64,000 nucleotides of DNA from Tubiluchus corallicola (lineage: Eukaryota > Animalia > Priapulida), in assembly GCA_030141605.1 (NCBI GenBank), contig JAQGDQ010000011.1:1445319-1509318 (forward strand). Direction: 5' to 3'. The position numbers were made by a program, and so were the translations under genes. The notes under the pieces were generated by a model, which worked only from the letters and a program-made list of their open reading frames with translations, was not told the origin of the DNA and made no database searches. Shown here piece by piece: positions 52,801-64,000 of the stretch (positions are counted from its first letter, which is position 1; each line of letters opens with the position of its first letter).

Positions 52801-55800
52801 TTTGGGAGGCGATCAATGAGTCAGGCATTAACTCAAGATAGGTAAGATCTTTCAGGTAGCATGAGGGTTGTAATCCCGGGGATTACACTATGTGACAATA
52901 TAAAGCAAATTTCAGTTACTAAGACACGTTATGCAATTTATGTTGCTCTAAAACCTGAACTGATACAACAACCCGTGTGCAAAGCTGAAATCGCTGATTC
53001 ATTGCAGATTAACTTTAGTTGTTTATACTGTCTGAAAGTTTGAAAGCAGAGACTGGAAGATGGGTTCACAATAGAAAAGTTTGTCCTTCTTGTATACTGG
53101 GGCAAGTTTCACAAAGCCGTCACTAAGTTAACGATGTGGTTATTACATTCACTTAACTATTAATAAAGATGTTGTTAAGTTAGTGACGGCTTTGTGAAAC
53201 TGGCCCCTGGCCTAATTCAGGATGAGGATCATGATACACTATGTTATTCAGAGAGCATCAGAACCAAGGACCATATGAGGTCTAATAGTTTACATGAACT
53301 GCTTAAATTAGAGCCGAAATCTGTGCAAAATTTACACTTGATATCACATTCATTCAAGAAAATCATTTGTTTTGCATATTGTATTAATTTCGGATGCCAA
53401 TAGTATTTCTAAGTCTTGACCTGTTTATGATTTATTTTTAACTGTTACTAATTCTGTTTGCTATGTACCTTTGCGCCTAATGGATCAATAATGCTGTCCA
53501 ATTATTGTTATTTTCATTAGTCAATAACTTACTAGTACTGCCATTAAAAATGTCTTTGGTCAAAATTCACAAATCAAGACCTGCAGCTAGCCTAATAAAC
53601 TTCGTCTCACTCACATAGTTTTCGGCTATGAAAATAAGGATGCAAGTTTTTCATGTTATTTTCAACAGCTGTTTTAAAGGTGCAGAATACATACGGTAAT
53701 ACGTTGTACAATAGTACCAAAGAACCAGAAATCAGTTGTACGAAAAAGCACAGCAGCTGCTGATACTATTGATATAACAATGGAAAAGCTTGCCCATTTT
53801 CTAATAGAGACCACCAGTTAGCACAAAAATTTGCAAACACTGAAAGTAGATGGTCAATACAGCATCGCCTACTGAAAATTTACAAATAAACGGTCGTTAA
53901 TCCAGTAAAAAACCTTATGTCAACAAAATTAGCAGCAACAAAACTGTAAATTATCATCTTGAAGACCAGAAAGCCACAAGTCATCTAGTAACTCAATTGT
54001 GGATGCGAAACTTCAACCATTGGCAAGCTTATCCATGGTTACCAACATTGATATTCAATAATATTAAAAGATTATTAAATAAAACCTCTTCCAACTCCAA
54101 GTCTTTCAAATATCTGTTTCTTTTTGCAGTAGACATCTGATGAAGTGTAACATCCCCAGGCCTAAATACACGACAAAAAATTGACTACTTTTGCAAGTTA
54201 ACGTCATTACTAGTTGTTTTCCTTTAACCACATATCCCAGGTGACAAAAGTGTCATGCTGGGTTTTAAAACGAGATGGCCGCACATCAAGATCAGTCTTA
54301 CGTAATGCTGCAAATTTTCTTCCAATTTTCATTCAGCCGCAGTTTTTGTAGGATCACTCAAGTACCTATCTGACATGTTGTTGCACATACACACATGCAC
54401 GCATGTCTGTACACATACATAATTTTCTGAAAAAGGTTAAAATTCAAGCGCGTATTTTACAGTCGGACCTCATTATAAAACTTACACCCCCCTCCCCCGC
54501 CGCTACAACACCATCCTTGTCATTTGCCCGGTCCCGATTTCCATGACATATTAAATGCAAAGAACATTGCCAATGTATCTGCTGTGCTAAAAGTCTATTA
54601 TACATAATAAATTTACCCCATTATAACGCCAGCTAAGATAAAGCACAATGCATTGCTGCTGAAAAACAGCCATTGTGTTGTAAAAACAATGACCTCTGAA
54701 CAGAACAACAATTATGGTGTCTAAATTAAGATTCAGGTTTTGTTGCAAGTGACTGTATGAAAGTGAATTTTAGAGTACAAGAGTTACATAGCTATGGTTT
54801 AGTATTGAAATGATATGAATTTAATGGGTGTTAAAGCTGTTTGACTCAATGTCAAGTTATATGCAGCAGCTATTTATAGCCTTAATTATCCAGTAATGTT
54901 AGGTTGGGAGCGTGTGGTTGCATGTTTCGCTTATCAGCAGCAGGTTAAACAATCAGCATTTCACAAGATTGCTTTTCCACATTGTATTATTTAAAGGTTT
55001 TGCAACGTTCCACCATACAACTACACCTGCAATGTAAATGTAGCAAAAATTTACAGTAACACACACGTATTGTGGTAGCTATAATAATATTATACTATTT
55101 AACACATACTAAAATTCATTAGGAAACAAAATAGACGCTACACAGCAGAATGGCTTTGATATTCAATAAAATACCACTAACCCTGCATTTAGTGGTGCCT
55201 CAGACCTGGTGTTATAATGAGGTTTGACTGTACAAAAATGCAAGAAACTTGCCAATAAAAATTGAAAAATTTGGCACATGTGAGACATTAGTTGCACCCC
55301 AAAAGTTAAAGGTGGTGATACACTTATGATCTTACTTAACAGAAAAAGCTCTGCGACATTTGTCTCTGAAAAAATTGGAAAAAACTGTTGTTCAATAATT
55401 ATAACACGTTTGATTTTTCCTTGTTTTTTTGTACACAAGTAAAACAAAGTTGGATAATGATGACGTCCACGGACACAGGCGATTTCATAGGATAACACAA
55501 AAGTCGTATGATAAAAGTCGGGAATGTGCCAGTATCTAAATAGTACAATTCCTTAGGTTTATAATGACACCGAACTTGAACATTAGTGAGTTTATTGAAA
55601 CTTACATGTATCAACAATGTGTAGTGAAAAATTATAAAGATAAAGTAAGTAAACCACACTGAAATTATACCACCGAACATCATCATTTTGATTGGGTACA
55701 TCGTACAAACAGCCAGACTGCTTTAAAGTATTCAGACTTCCTTTCAGGTCAATCGACACAAGCCTTGGCGTAAACGTCTGATGACCCTACAATGAGAAGA

Positions 55801-57352
55801 TGAAGTTTCACTTGTTTCCCCAAATTACCTTGCTCATTTGTTGCTAACAATTACAAAATTTAAAAAATATCGGAATTGCTCTTGAATTTTGAAAAAGAGA
55901 AAACTTCAAACCAAGCTTCTAATTTGAAACTTGCTTTTCTGTGTTAAAAATGCAATTACTTGAAAGATTTCCACCATTTTCCAAGGAACGTATTTGCACT
56001 ATTTTGCTAAAAAGTTACTGTTGTGCTTGATGTAAGCACAAGAATGCACCAGCAAACTTGGTGTGACTTTTCCAAATCAACACCTAATTCTAAACTAAAT
56101 ATAAAAACATTTTTCTCACCGTAAGAGTGACTCCCTCTCTAAATAGAACGTCATGATCCACTTTTGGCCCATCAACAGGTCCACGTTTTACTGCTGCATT
56201 TGTGTAATCAAAAGATGACTCCTGTAAATGTAAAATGAGTTCTGCAAGATGAGTAAAATACGATTGCATGCTTCTGGTTGTAGTCAACTGAAAAGCGAAA
56301 ACAACTGCGAAAAACAAAAACTGTCATTTTGTTTGTAAGTGCTAGGATTTTATGAAATTCTCGAGTAAAGAGAATTCCAAAAATTGAAACAATGAATTAA
56401 TTCTAGGTGGCTTATAGTAACCTGCTCTATTTGCTGTTGTAATATCTAACAAGTTAGTTTCAATGTACTACTGAAATGCATAAAATCAGCAAGATTTGTA
56501 TTGTTTCAAAGCAAATGTACTAGTTGTGTGGTCAAAGTTATCAAAGTAATGTAGCAGGAAATCTAGTCAGCAAATGAATGGGTGATTTGCCAGTAATGTT
56601 TACGTGCCATACTGCTACTGGTTCAAATGATGAATGCACATATAGAAAGCATGTATTCACGTGCATTTGAATGTAACTGAGACAGATTATCTTTGATCAT
56701 GAGTTAGTTGCACTATAGTCTCACTATAATTTGTAGTAGTAGATCATGACGAATGGGTCGACTGTAATCCACAATTTGCTAAATGGTATATGATAACAGA
56801 ATTAGTACAATAGCATTCAATCACGACTCAAATATGTTTAAGGAATTGCATGCAATGTCAAGTAAATAATATCAAATTTACTGTGTAAAAGGCTAAATAC
56901 TGAACAGTTTGCACAGCCAACCAATTTTGAGACTAAATACATGCAAATTGCAAAAAAGAATCCAAAGTTCGCTCAGGTTACTACTTACAATGCAAAAGAA
57001 TGGAGTAAAAAGCATGTCTGTCTGGCTAACATTTTTTATATGACAGTGTTTTTTATTGCAAACATTTTAGTAAACAGAAACGAATTAAAAAATGCACCCA
57101 CACTAGCTACAAAAGAACTGAGATCAGGCACATGTGTTCTTAAAAACTCATTTTTAATAAATAAAACAGAAATTAAAATAATAGACTAAATACCCAATTA
57201 ACTTACAATGGCACAGCATTTCATTAAACTATTTCATCACGACTTAAGTAGAATTTTGCTCAAAAATATACCTGAATGTTCCACCAATGTGTTCCTACGA
57301 AGTTAGAATAATGTCCCACTTGTAGTGTTATAACTTCCTTTGCTGATGCCAT
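40349..57352 (-). CDS. MSTO1: Protein misato homolog 1 (tubulin/FtsZ-like), 14 coding exons, ~574 aa
   Basis: Exons (-): 57352-57272, 56221-56120, 55786-55671, 54161-54086, 52184-52106, 50480-50312, 49727-49610, 48934-48800, 47656-47504, 47234-47103, 46281-46166, 45438-45319, 43353-43238, 40560-40349; in phase, 1725 nt. Motifs: KEVITLQVGHYSNFVGTHWWNIQ, DVLFREG..TFTPRLVSIDLKGSL, VKVWSDFLHTHLHPKS, EDRLHFFAEECDSIQGFQ..D..NGFGGLG, YHTSAVLA, PFPQIF. Confidence 0.96.
40979..41373. mobile_element. hAT-type MITE in the last MSTO1 intron
   Basis: TIRs tagggtgagcat/atgctcacccc-ta; TSD gtcatcaa/gtcatcac; ttcga repeats. Confidence 0.8.
42683..43160 (+). mobile_element. Interspersed repeat, same family as 12206-12660
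   Basis: Colinear similarity over ~450 bp. Confidence 0.75.
43721..44684 (+). pseudogene. Intronless leucine-rich-repeat surface protein (pseudo)gene nested antisense in MSTO1 intron 12
   Basis: Hydrophobic N-terminus; LRR-like DVPPDFLKG, ITIKPRAFAHWPKLEII, LDLSNNPRFNTI; LRRCT-like FVCDRKLAW...VYCSKP; Thr-rich stalk; hydrophobic tail. Broken by a stop plus frameshift (~43985-43997) and an in-frame TGA (44340-44342). Confidence 0.65.
45035..45236 (-). mobile_element. tRNA-derived SINE
   Basis: Minus strand: ggggtatagcttaatggtagcatgcttgc...gaggtcacggattcagctcccg (A-box and B-box-like), followed by a non-tRNA body. Confidence 0.6.
45652..45916. mobile_element. Harbinger-like MITE, related to 33125-33405
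   Basis: Shared blocks with 33125-33405. Confidence 0.55.
46356..47062. mobile_element. pogo/Tigger-like MITE
   Basis: TIRs cagtaagtcctcactaaacga / tctttaagcaaggacttactg; TA on the left flank. Confidence 0.75.
47770..48132. mobile_element. hAT-type MITE
   Basis: TIRs caggccagatta / taatcaggccctg; TSD aatatagc/aatagagc. Confidence 0.75.
49846..49921. repeat. (GA)n microsatellite
   Basis: Directly visible. Confidence 0.95.
53100..53206. mobile_element. 107-bp Harbinger-type mini-MITE (near-perfect hairpin)
   Basis: gggcaagtttcacaaagccgtcactaagttaac / gttaagttagtgacggctttgtgaaactggccc; 3-bp TSD ctg/ctg. Confidence 0.85.
54460..55230. mobile_element. pogo/Tigger-like MITE
   Basis: ta-cagtcggacctcattataa ... 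ttataatgaggtttgactg-ta; TA TSD on both sides. Confidence 0.85.
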
Positions 57353-58665
57353 GTACTCCTGGTCAGTAGTAGCACTTCACTAACTTTCTTGAATTGTCTA
57401 CATTTCAATTTCTGCAAAAAATAACACGTGTTAAAAACAAAAAATAGCAAAAGTATTATACATTATACTGTTTTCATTTGTGTTTCTTAAAAACAGTGAA
57501 AGAAGATGTGAAAATAGTTTTTGCTAGAAAGATCTTGCAGTGCTCGCACACAGAGGGCTCGGGCTGGTTGCATCCACATGTCTGCACCTCGGGGATGTAT
57601 TTTTAGGGTCCCATGCGACTTTATAGCCTCACATAAGTGAGCATTTCAGCGATTCTTATAGTTTATGAATTACTATACATGAGTGATTGCGTCAGTACAT
57701 CACCTTTAAAATTAACTCGTGCTATTAAAGAAGCTTATGAAAATTTGTTTTCTTAAACTACAACATTTCTGTGAAATTTTCTGGAATCATTGTATTGTGA
57801 TAATCTGAATCATTGATATTTAGCATATGCATATTTTGACTGTACCCTGTTAAAAACAGTGTTAAATAATTCAAGCTGCAGCTGTATAATCACTTATAGA
57901 TACGTAACAATCAGTGCAGTGAAAGCAGCATTAGCAGACTAAAAGCCAGACTTGACAAAGGCAGACCTGCTGCTAGCAGCTAAAGCGAAACGGTTGACAA
58001 TGCAATGTGTTCATAATAATCTATAGTATATAATTCATAATAATTATTATATTTATAAAATAGTACATACTATAAAGTATTTATAATATATTAATAATAT
58101 ACTTTATATAGTTTATAATAATCTATAGTACGTTTTTGCTTATAAGGCTGAAATGACTAGCAGCAAATGTGGACTAGACATAGACATAGACTAGAAAACG
58201 CACCAGCGTATTTTATATCAAAAGTACTGGAACGTTTTGCATTTATGGTGGTTTACAATGCAAAGAGTACAAACATAAATCAAACAGCTTGCTGAATTAT
58301 TTTAGCACTTAACAAGTTTTAAATTGTTTGAGTAAATCTAAGATATATATATATATATTGTATAACTCGTTTGTTCACTCATAAAAGAACTATTATACCA
58401 TTGATCTTGGTACACACTTTCTAGATCTGTGATTATACAGCAACAGTTCTTCTGCTCTAAGTTTTTGCTCACATGTTTTTAAGCAACATCAGAAATCTTA
58501 TGTTTAAGAGTAAATCTAATTCACCGATCTGACCTGTTGGGAGCCGAGTGGACCACTGCGCCAAGTAGACCACTTTGCGATTGCGATTGCGATACTCGAC
58601 TCTCTCCACCTATCCGAGGCGGGCACCTTTATAGGGTGCAAAGTCTCTTCTTTAACGCTGATCTT

Positions 58666-61600
58666 TTATTTGTCTTTTCCAAGTTTAATGTCTTTATTTG
58701 TCTTTATCCTGTATTCCATACATTCGTTCACTAGATTTCTAATTTCTAACAATCCTTCCTTTTCACTGTTCATTAATACTTCTGAGTTCAAAATTTTTTT
58801 CCATTCTCCATATCTGTAACATCTAAGCATATGTTCAGTAGTGTCATCATCTTCCTCACACACTGGGCATAATAACTGATCCTTAAACTCATTCTTGTAG
58901 TTCCCTTTAACTTTAATCATATTCAGTCTTATTTTCAATATATCTTTAACTTCTTCTGGCTTGCATGTGTCTATGTAATTTTGTCGTTTCCACTCGGTAT
59001 GCCTTAAAAATCTTAATTTAGTGCTGCTCCTGCATTTTTCTGCACATTCGCTCTTTATACAACGTTCAATCTTATTCTTTATTTCTTTCTTCCATTCAGA
59101 CTTTTTCATGACCTTCACCCTTTCTTTATTAGCATCTATGGTATATATTTTTGCAGTCTCAAATACTTCATTATACCATGACCTTTTGTGTATACTGTTT
59201 ATTTGCATTTCAAGTATGTCTGATGCTAATCTCTTTGGTTTACTAATCAATAAATTCCGATAGAACATCAATCTCCTATAGTTTACTTTATGTTTTAGAG
59301 GCCATATGCCTATTTCAGTTACTAATCCCCAGTATGGCGTTGATTCACTAAGGTTAAATAATGTTTTTAAAGCATTTGCTTGAATCATTTCTAATTTCTC
59401 CCAATCAGTTGTTGTCAAATTTGACCATGTCTCAGAACTATTTAGCACTGCACTCACTGAAAGAAGCTCGTACAGCATTAGTTTTACCCCTATTGAGCAA
59501 TCTCCCACTTTCAGCTCACCTCCTATTGTATTGATGTAACTAATTATCATTTTGTTTTTCCAAACATTATTTCATAACTACCTTTTGTATTTATCCAATC
59601 TCCCAAATATTGGTATTCCTCTACTTCCTTAACCTCTCCGTTCCTTAGTGACTCACATAATTCTGGGATCCTTTTCTTTCGTGTCATTTTAGTTCTCATA
59701 TATTGTGTTTTCTGTATATTGAATGATAATCTTTTGGTTCCTTCAATTTCTTGACAGTTTTTAATCATCTGCTTGATTATAGTTTCTTGTCCTATTCCGA
59801 CAATATCGTCAATGAATAATAACATACCCACATGTATATTTCTGCCCATTACAGTCCCTGTTGTCACCATCTCATTAATCCGGTTTATTGCAGCACAACA
59901 TAGTAATGGTCCCAACACTGTTCCCTGTCGGACTATTTCATTTATTTCTATCTGGTCTGTTTTTCCCAATGGTGTTTCTATAACTATTTCTGCAATTTCA
60001 TTCAGTTTATATATCATAAATATTTCTCCTGGTGATATGCCCATCCTCCATAATTCTGTCAATGCATCTTTCAACCACAACTTATCAAAACACTTTTCTA
60101 TGTCACAAAAAATTATGTACACTTCATTTTTATAAAACCTGTTATACTCTAACATTGCCCTCAAGGTGTACAGATGGTCATAGACCCCTCTGTTTTTTCT
60201 TCCGCCACATTGATGTACTCCTATGTTTTCTTCAAATTTAACTATTATTCTATTTTTGATCACTTTTTCCATTAGTTTACTGAAAATATTTGTTATGAAC
60301 AGCCCTCGTCTATTTTTCATCTCTTTCTTGTCGCCTTTTCCCTTATAAATTGAATTTATTTTCATTTGGGCCCATCGGTATTTTCTTTTGCTTCATTATT
60401 TCATTCAGCATTGCTACTATACTATCAATAAATCCCTTCCCTGCTTGTTTGATCATTTCATTCTTCCATCCTTGCATGTCTGGAGCCTTTTTATTTTTTA
60501 GTGATCGAACTGCTTCATTCACTTCACTGTTAGTAATTTCTTTTACTTCCTCCTCACTTGCCATTTGTTCAACATGTTTGAAAATTTGTTCAACCCTTGA
60601 TTCTATCATTTGCTCATATTCATCCTCTGTCTGAGTAGGAGTTCTTCATAATATTTTTTAAAAATCAACTTAATTTTTCCTGGATCCTCTTGGATCTCAC
60701 CTTGTTTATCTCTCATTGCTATAGCTTCTTCCATTTTAGGTTTATCGATGCCCTTTTTGAATTCCCAAAACAACTGCTGGTTAAGTTTTCCATTTACTGT
60801 AATTGTCCTAACAGTTTTATTTATTCTATTTATTTGTTCCTTCCTTTGCACAACCCTCATCATGTTTTCTATTAGTTCAATTTTTATTTTTATCATTCTT
60901 TTCCTTTCCGAGTCTTCTTCATCGCTCATTTCACGTTTTAACTTACGTCTTTCTTTATTTAGCTTCCTTGACATTTTACTTCCATATTTTTGTTTCCTTT
61001 TTCCTTTTACTGAAAGGCACCTGTCTCTTACTACTGCAGCTTGATTTATCCAGCCATCATATTTGCTCTGAATTGATCTGTTACTGCTCCATACTTTACT
61101 AAATATTTGATCATCAGTTTCTTTTTTGTATCTGTTCATTTTATTTTTATTAGACACTACTAATTTTTTTATCTCATCACTTTTATCTCTTTTCATTTTA
61201 CTAATCTCAACCCAATCAAATTCACTATATATTGTGTTATGGTCTGTATATACAATTTTTTTCTCGCCACTACTAGTCACTCTGTACACTCCATACAGTT
61301 TTTGTTCATCAACAAGTGTGAACCTATGTGCATTTACATCATTTGCACTTATTATTATATAATCAATAACAGATTTTTTCCCAGCTTCTTCTCTTGTCCA
61401 AATTCCTGAGCATTCTTCAGTTGCATTTAATATTACTAGTTTTTCTTTTTTAACCAGATTTAGTAACATTTTCCCTGCCCAAGTTATTTCATCACTATTA
61501 CCTTCGATAATATTTCCTACTTTTGCATTGAAGTCCCCTATAAGCAAGCACTTCTGGTTTTCATTTTTTGCTTTTTGTACTTGCTTACGTATTTGTTCAT

Positions 61601-62060
61601 ACATTTTTTTCATTTCTTCTTTATCTGTCCTACTTTCCTGAGGTGCATACAATAATCCTACTCTCAATTTTACTTTTGAATTATCCATTACAACCCATAA
61701 TTGTTCACCTACTTCATTATACTGATCAGCTTTTATTGTTACATTTTTTAAGTCATTTTTAATTGCCAATAATATCCCCCCTCCGTACTTATTTCTATTC
61801 AGTTGGAACACTTTGTAACCCTCAATTTGCACCAATTCTTCTTCCGCCAAATGAGTTTCAACAATTCCTATTACACTAGGCTTTTTTTCCCTTATCACTC
61901 CATACAATGACTCTAGCTTATTATTTAGCCCTCGACAATTTGTATATACTACATTAAAATTTTTAAACTTCTTTTTCTTTTTCTGAGATCTTTTCACTCT
62001 TACTTTTTTTTCTAATTCCACAGTTTTTCTTTTATTGCATTGATTTCTCTCACTAAAAAA
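58666..62060 (-). pseudogene. LINE ORF2: apurinic-like endonuclease + reverse transcriptase + C-terminal CCHC finger, 3 frameshifts
   Basis: EN motifs YTNCRGL, IVETHL, GGGIL, IGDFNAK, SVIDYII, TDHN; RT motifs KKAPDMQGW, RGLFITN, CDIEKCFDK, VRQGTVLGP, FIDD, YLG; CPVC..TEHMLRC. Split into ORFs 60606-62021, 60343-60609, 59547-60365, 58666-59550. Confidence 0.92.
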
Positions 62061-63325
62061 TTAATCTGCTCAACTAAACTTTCATTTTGTGTCTTTTGTT
62101 CATTTTTATTTGTTTCTAGAGTTGTCTGCTGTCCTTCTCGTTCTTGTGTTCGTAGGTATCTCTTTTCATCATCGTTAAAAAAATGTCTGTATCTGCACCT
62201 ACTACCATATTTGCATTCACCATCATACTTGTAATTCCAACACAAATTTGTCTTTTCCTTATCCTCCCCAGGTTTCAAATAATGTCTAAACCTACACTTG
62301 CTTTCAAATTTGCAATATTTATTCCTTCCAAAATAGGAACACAACTTTTGTTCATATTCTCCTTGTTTGGCTCTATGTGCACTTTCACTGAGCTCTTGAC
62401 ACTCCTTTTTTGTTTTGTAGTGTCTAAACTTGCACCTGTTTTCAAATTTACACCACACATTTTTTGCAACATATCTGCATAGTGGCGTTATCAGGCTCTG
62501 CCTCCTCTCTTTGACTCTGTACTTCTTTTCTGGAATCATCTTCCTTCTTATTAGATTCATTGTTTTCTTTTGCCTCTTCATATGTTCCTCCCATACCCAT
62601 TTTGCTCATCAACAATTCTTCATTTATCTTTTGTAGATCACTTATGTGCCTGTTTAGGCTATTTACTGTAGTTCTATTTTCCGCTGCCTCACTTATCAAT
62701 TTTTCTAGTTGTTGTCTGAGTTGCACTGCTTCTTCTTTCAACTTTTTTATTTCACTTTCATATTTCTTTCTCTTTAAGTCAAACTCAGCCAATTGATCCG
62801 TTTTCTTATTCACTTCTTGCCTCATTTTCTCTAAGTCATCTTTCAAATTTTCTACTTCTCTTTCTTTGCATTTCATTTCCTCCTCTAGATTTCCTAATTG
62901 TACTTCATTCAACAGCTGTGTATTTTTTTGCATTCCCATGCCTTCCTTTATCTTCTTGACTTCTTCTTCGCACTTATCGCAAAACCAGTGCAAAGTGTCA
63001 TTTATAACTAATGCACTTGCTGTGCCTACCGCTTTATACGCTTTCTTTGACATGCCAATGCACTCTCTGTGCAGCATTTCTCGCACCAGAAACAATACAT
63101 TCCATCTTCCACAATCTCCACTCTTTTTACACATTTACTGCACACTTCAGCCCCACTTATTTTCCTTTCCTTTCTTCCCTCTCCTTCATTCTCCTTTTGA
63201 GTTTTACTTTCTGACTTTTCTCCATTTTTCTCAGTTAAAGCTTCATCCACCACTTGCACAAAATCACACAATGCTCTTTCTATCCTGGTGCTCTGTATCA
63301 TTTCTTCATCACGCTCCACTTCCAT
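62012..63325 (-). pseudogene. LINE ORF1: PHD finger + coiled coil + three C-x8-C-x5-C-x3-H zinc fingers, 2 frameshifts
   Basis: The PHD finger is rebuilt across a 1-nt deletion (CSKC...CFWCEK[W]LHREC...WFCDKC). E/K-rich coiled coil. Fingers CRYVAKNVWCKFENRCKFRH, CSYFGRNKYCKFESKCRFRH, CWNYKYDGECKYGSRCRYRH. Confidence 0.85.
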
Positions 63326-64000
63326 TTTATTACGTTGTTTAGTATGTTTAGTGAATTAGTGAACTATTATAGAGATGTTTGGGTAAATCCTTATATTGAC
63401 TGTTTTTTATTATTTTTGTCTATTTTGTTTCATGCATGCAAACTAGTTTTACTTGACTACTTACCCCCCTAAGAAAAAAAAAATTAGTATATGATCTATG
63501 CTGCCTTTTGTCACCAAGCCACCGTGACTCCTAAGTGTACTTCTTATTAGCTACTGCTGCATCCCTTTCACCAGTAGCACGGCTTGTCATTTTAGTCTTA
63601 AAAAACCTTAAGTTAGTAATTGTAATTAATTTAACTGGTTCTATGAATTTGTAATAGTACTAATAGAATTGATTATACCTCAACTACTCTGATACTTTCC
63701 CTATCTCAAATTTGCCATGTTATACTTTTATACAGTTAATAGGAAATTATTTCCAGTTTCTGTCTTTTAAAAAAGATCAGTTATAAGACGAAGTTTCAGC
63801 TGTTATGCTGTTAGCTTCCCATTAACGCCATCTTGATTTTTCAAATTCCACTTTTATTTTCAACTGTTCTCTAACTGAAGTTTGCACTTCCCAGACGTAA
63901 TTATTTTTCACGCTATTTTTTTCACAAACACTCATATACACAATTTGAAAGTATTTAGTGGTATTTTAAATTCTTAAATCTCCGGATCACAAAAAACACG

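Larger units (their letters stand above)
58575..64000 (-). mobile_element. Near full-length non-LTR retrotransposon (APE-RT LINE, RTE-X/Proto2-like by architecture), inactivated by small indels
   Basis: ORF1 and ORF2 in order on the - strand, a short 3' UTR and an (ATCGCA)3 tail at 58575-58593. The 5' UTR probably runs to or past the window end; the 5' boundary is not defined. Confidence 0.9.

Noticed and set aside
59021-63472. Many + strand ORFs rich in F/I/S/L
   Set aside because: They are antisense shadows of the A-rich LINE coding strand.

Overview
AT-rich genomic DNA from an invertebrate animal, with spliced genes and GT-AG introns. Four conserved multi-exon genes can be rebuilt by hand with consistent reading phase: DCTN4/dynactin p62 (-, 12 exons, ~458 aa), a C9orf85/DUF2039 homolog (-, 4 exons, ~201 aa), METTL25B/RRNAD1 (+, 10 exons, ~479 aa) and MSTO1/misato (-, 14 exons, ~574 aa). 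METTL25B and MSTO1 converge, with stop codons only 151 bp apart. The right end holds a nearly full-length, frameshifted non-LTR retrotransposon. Its ORF1 has an unusual PHD + coiled-coil + 3x CCCH architecture. Its AUG-less ORF2 (APE-RT-CCHC) opens exactly at an in-frame HIV-type U_UUU_UUA slippery heptamer, which suggests -1 ribosomal frameshifting. Other notable items are an intronless LRR receptor-like (pseudo)gene nested antisense in an MSTO1 intron, a fold-back element made of two divergent tRNA-like arms, a decayed multi-ORF island with repeated 3' motifs, a 50/49-bp higher-order minisatellite, and many MITEs (hAT, pogo/Tigger, Kolobok-, piggyBac- and Harbinger-like). All assignments come from reading the sequence and from remembered protein motifs; no database searches were run.
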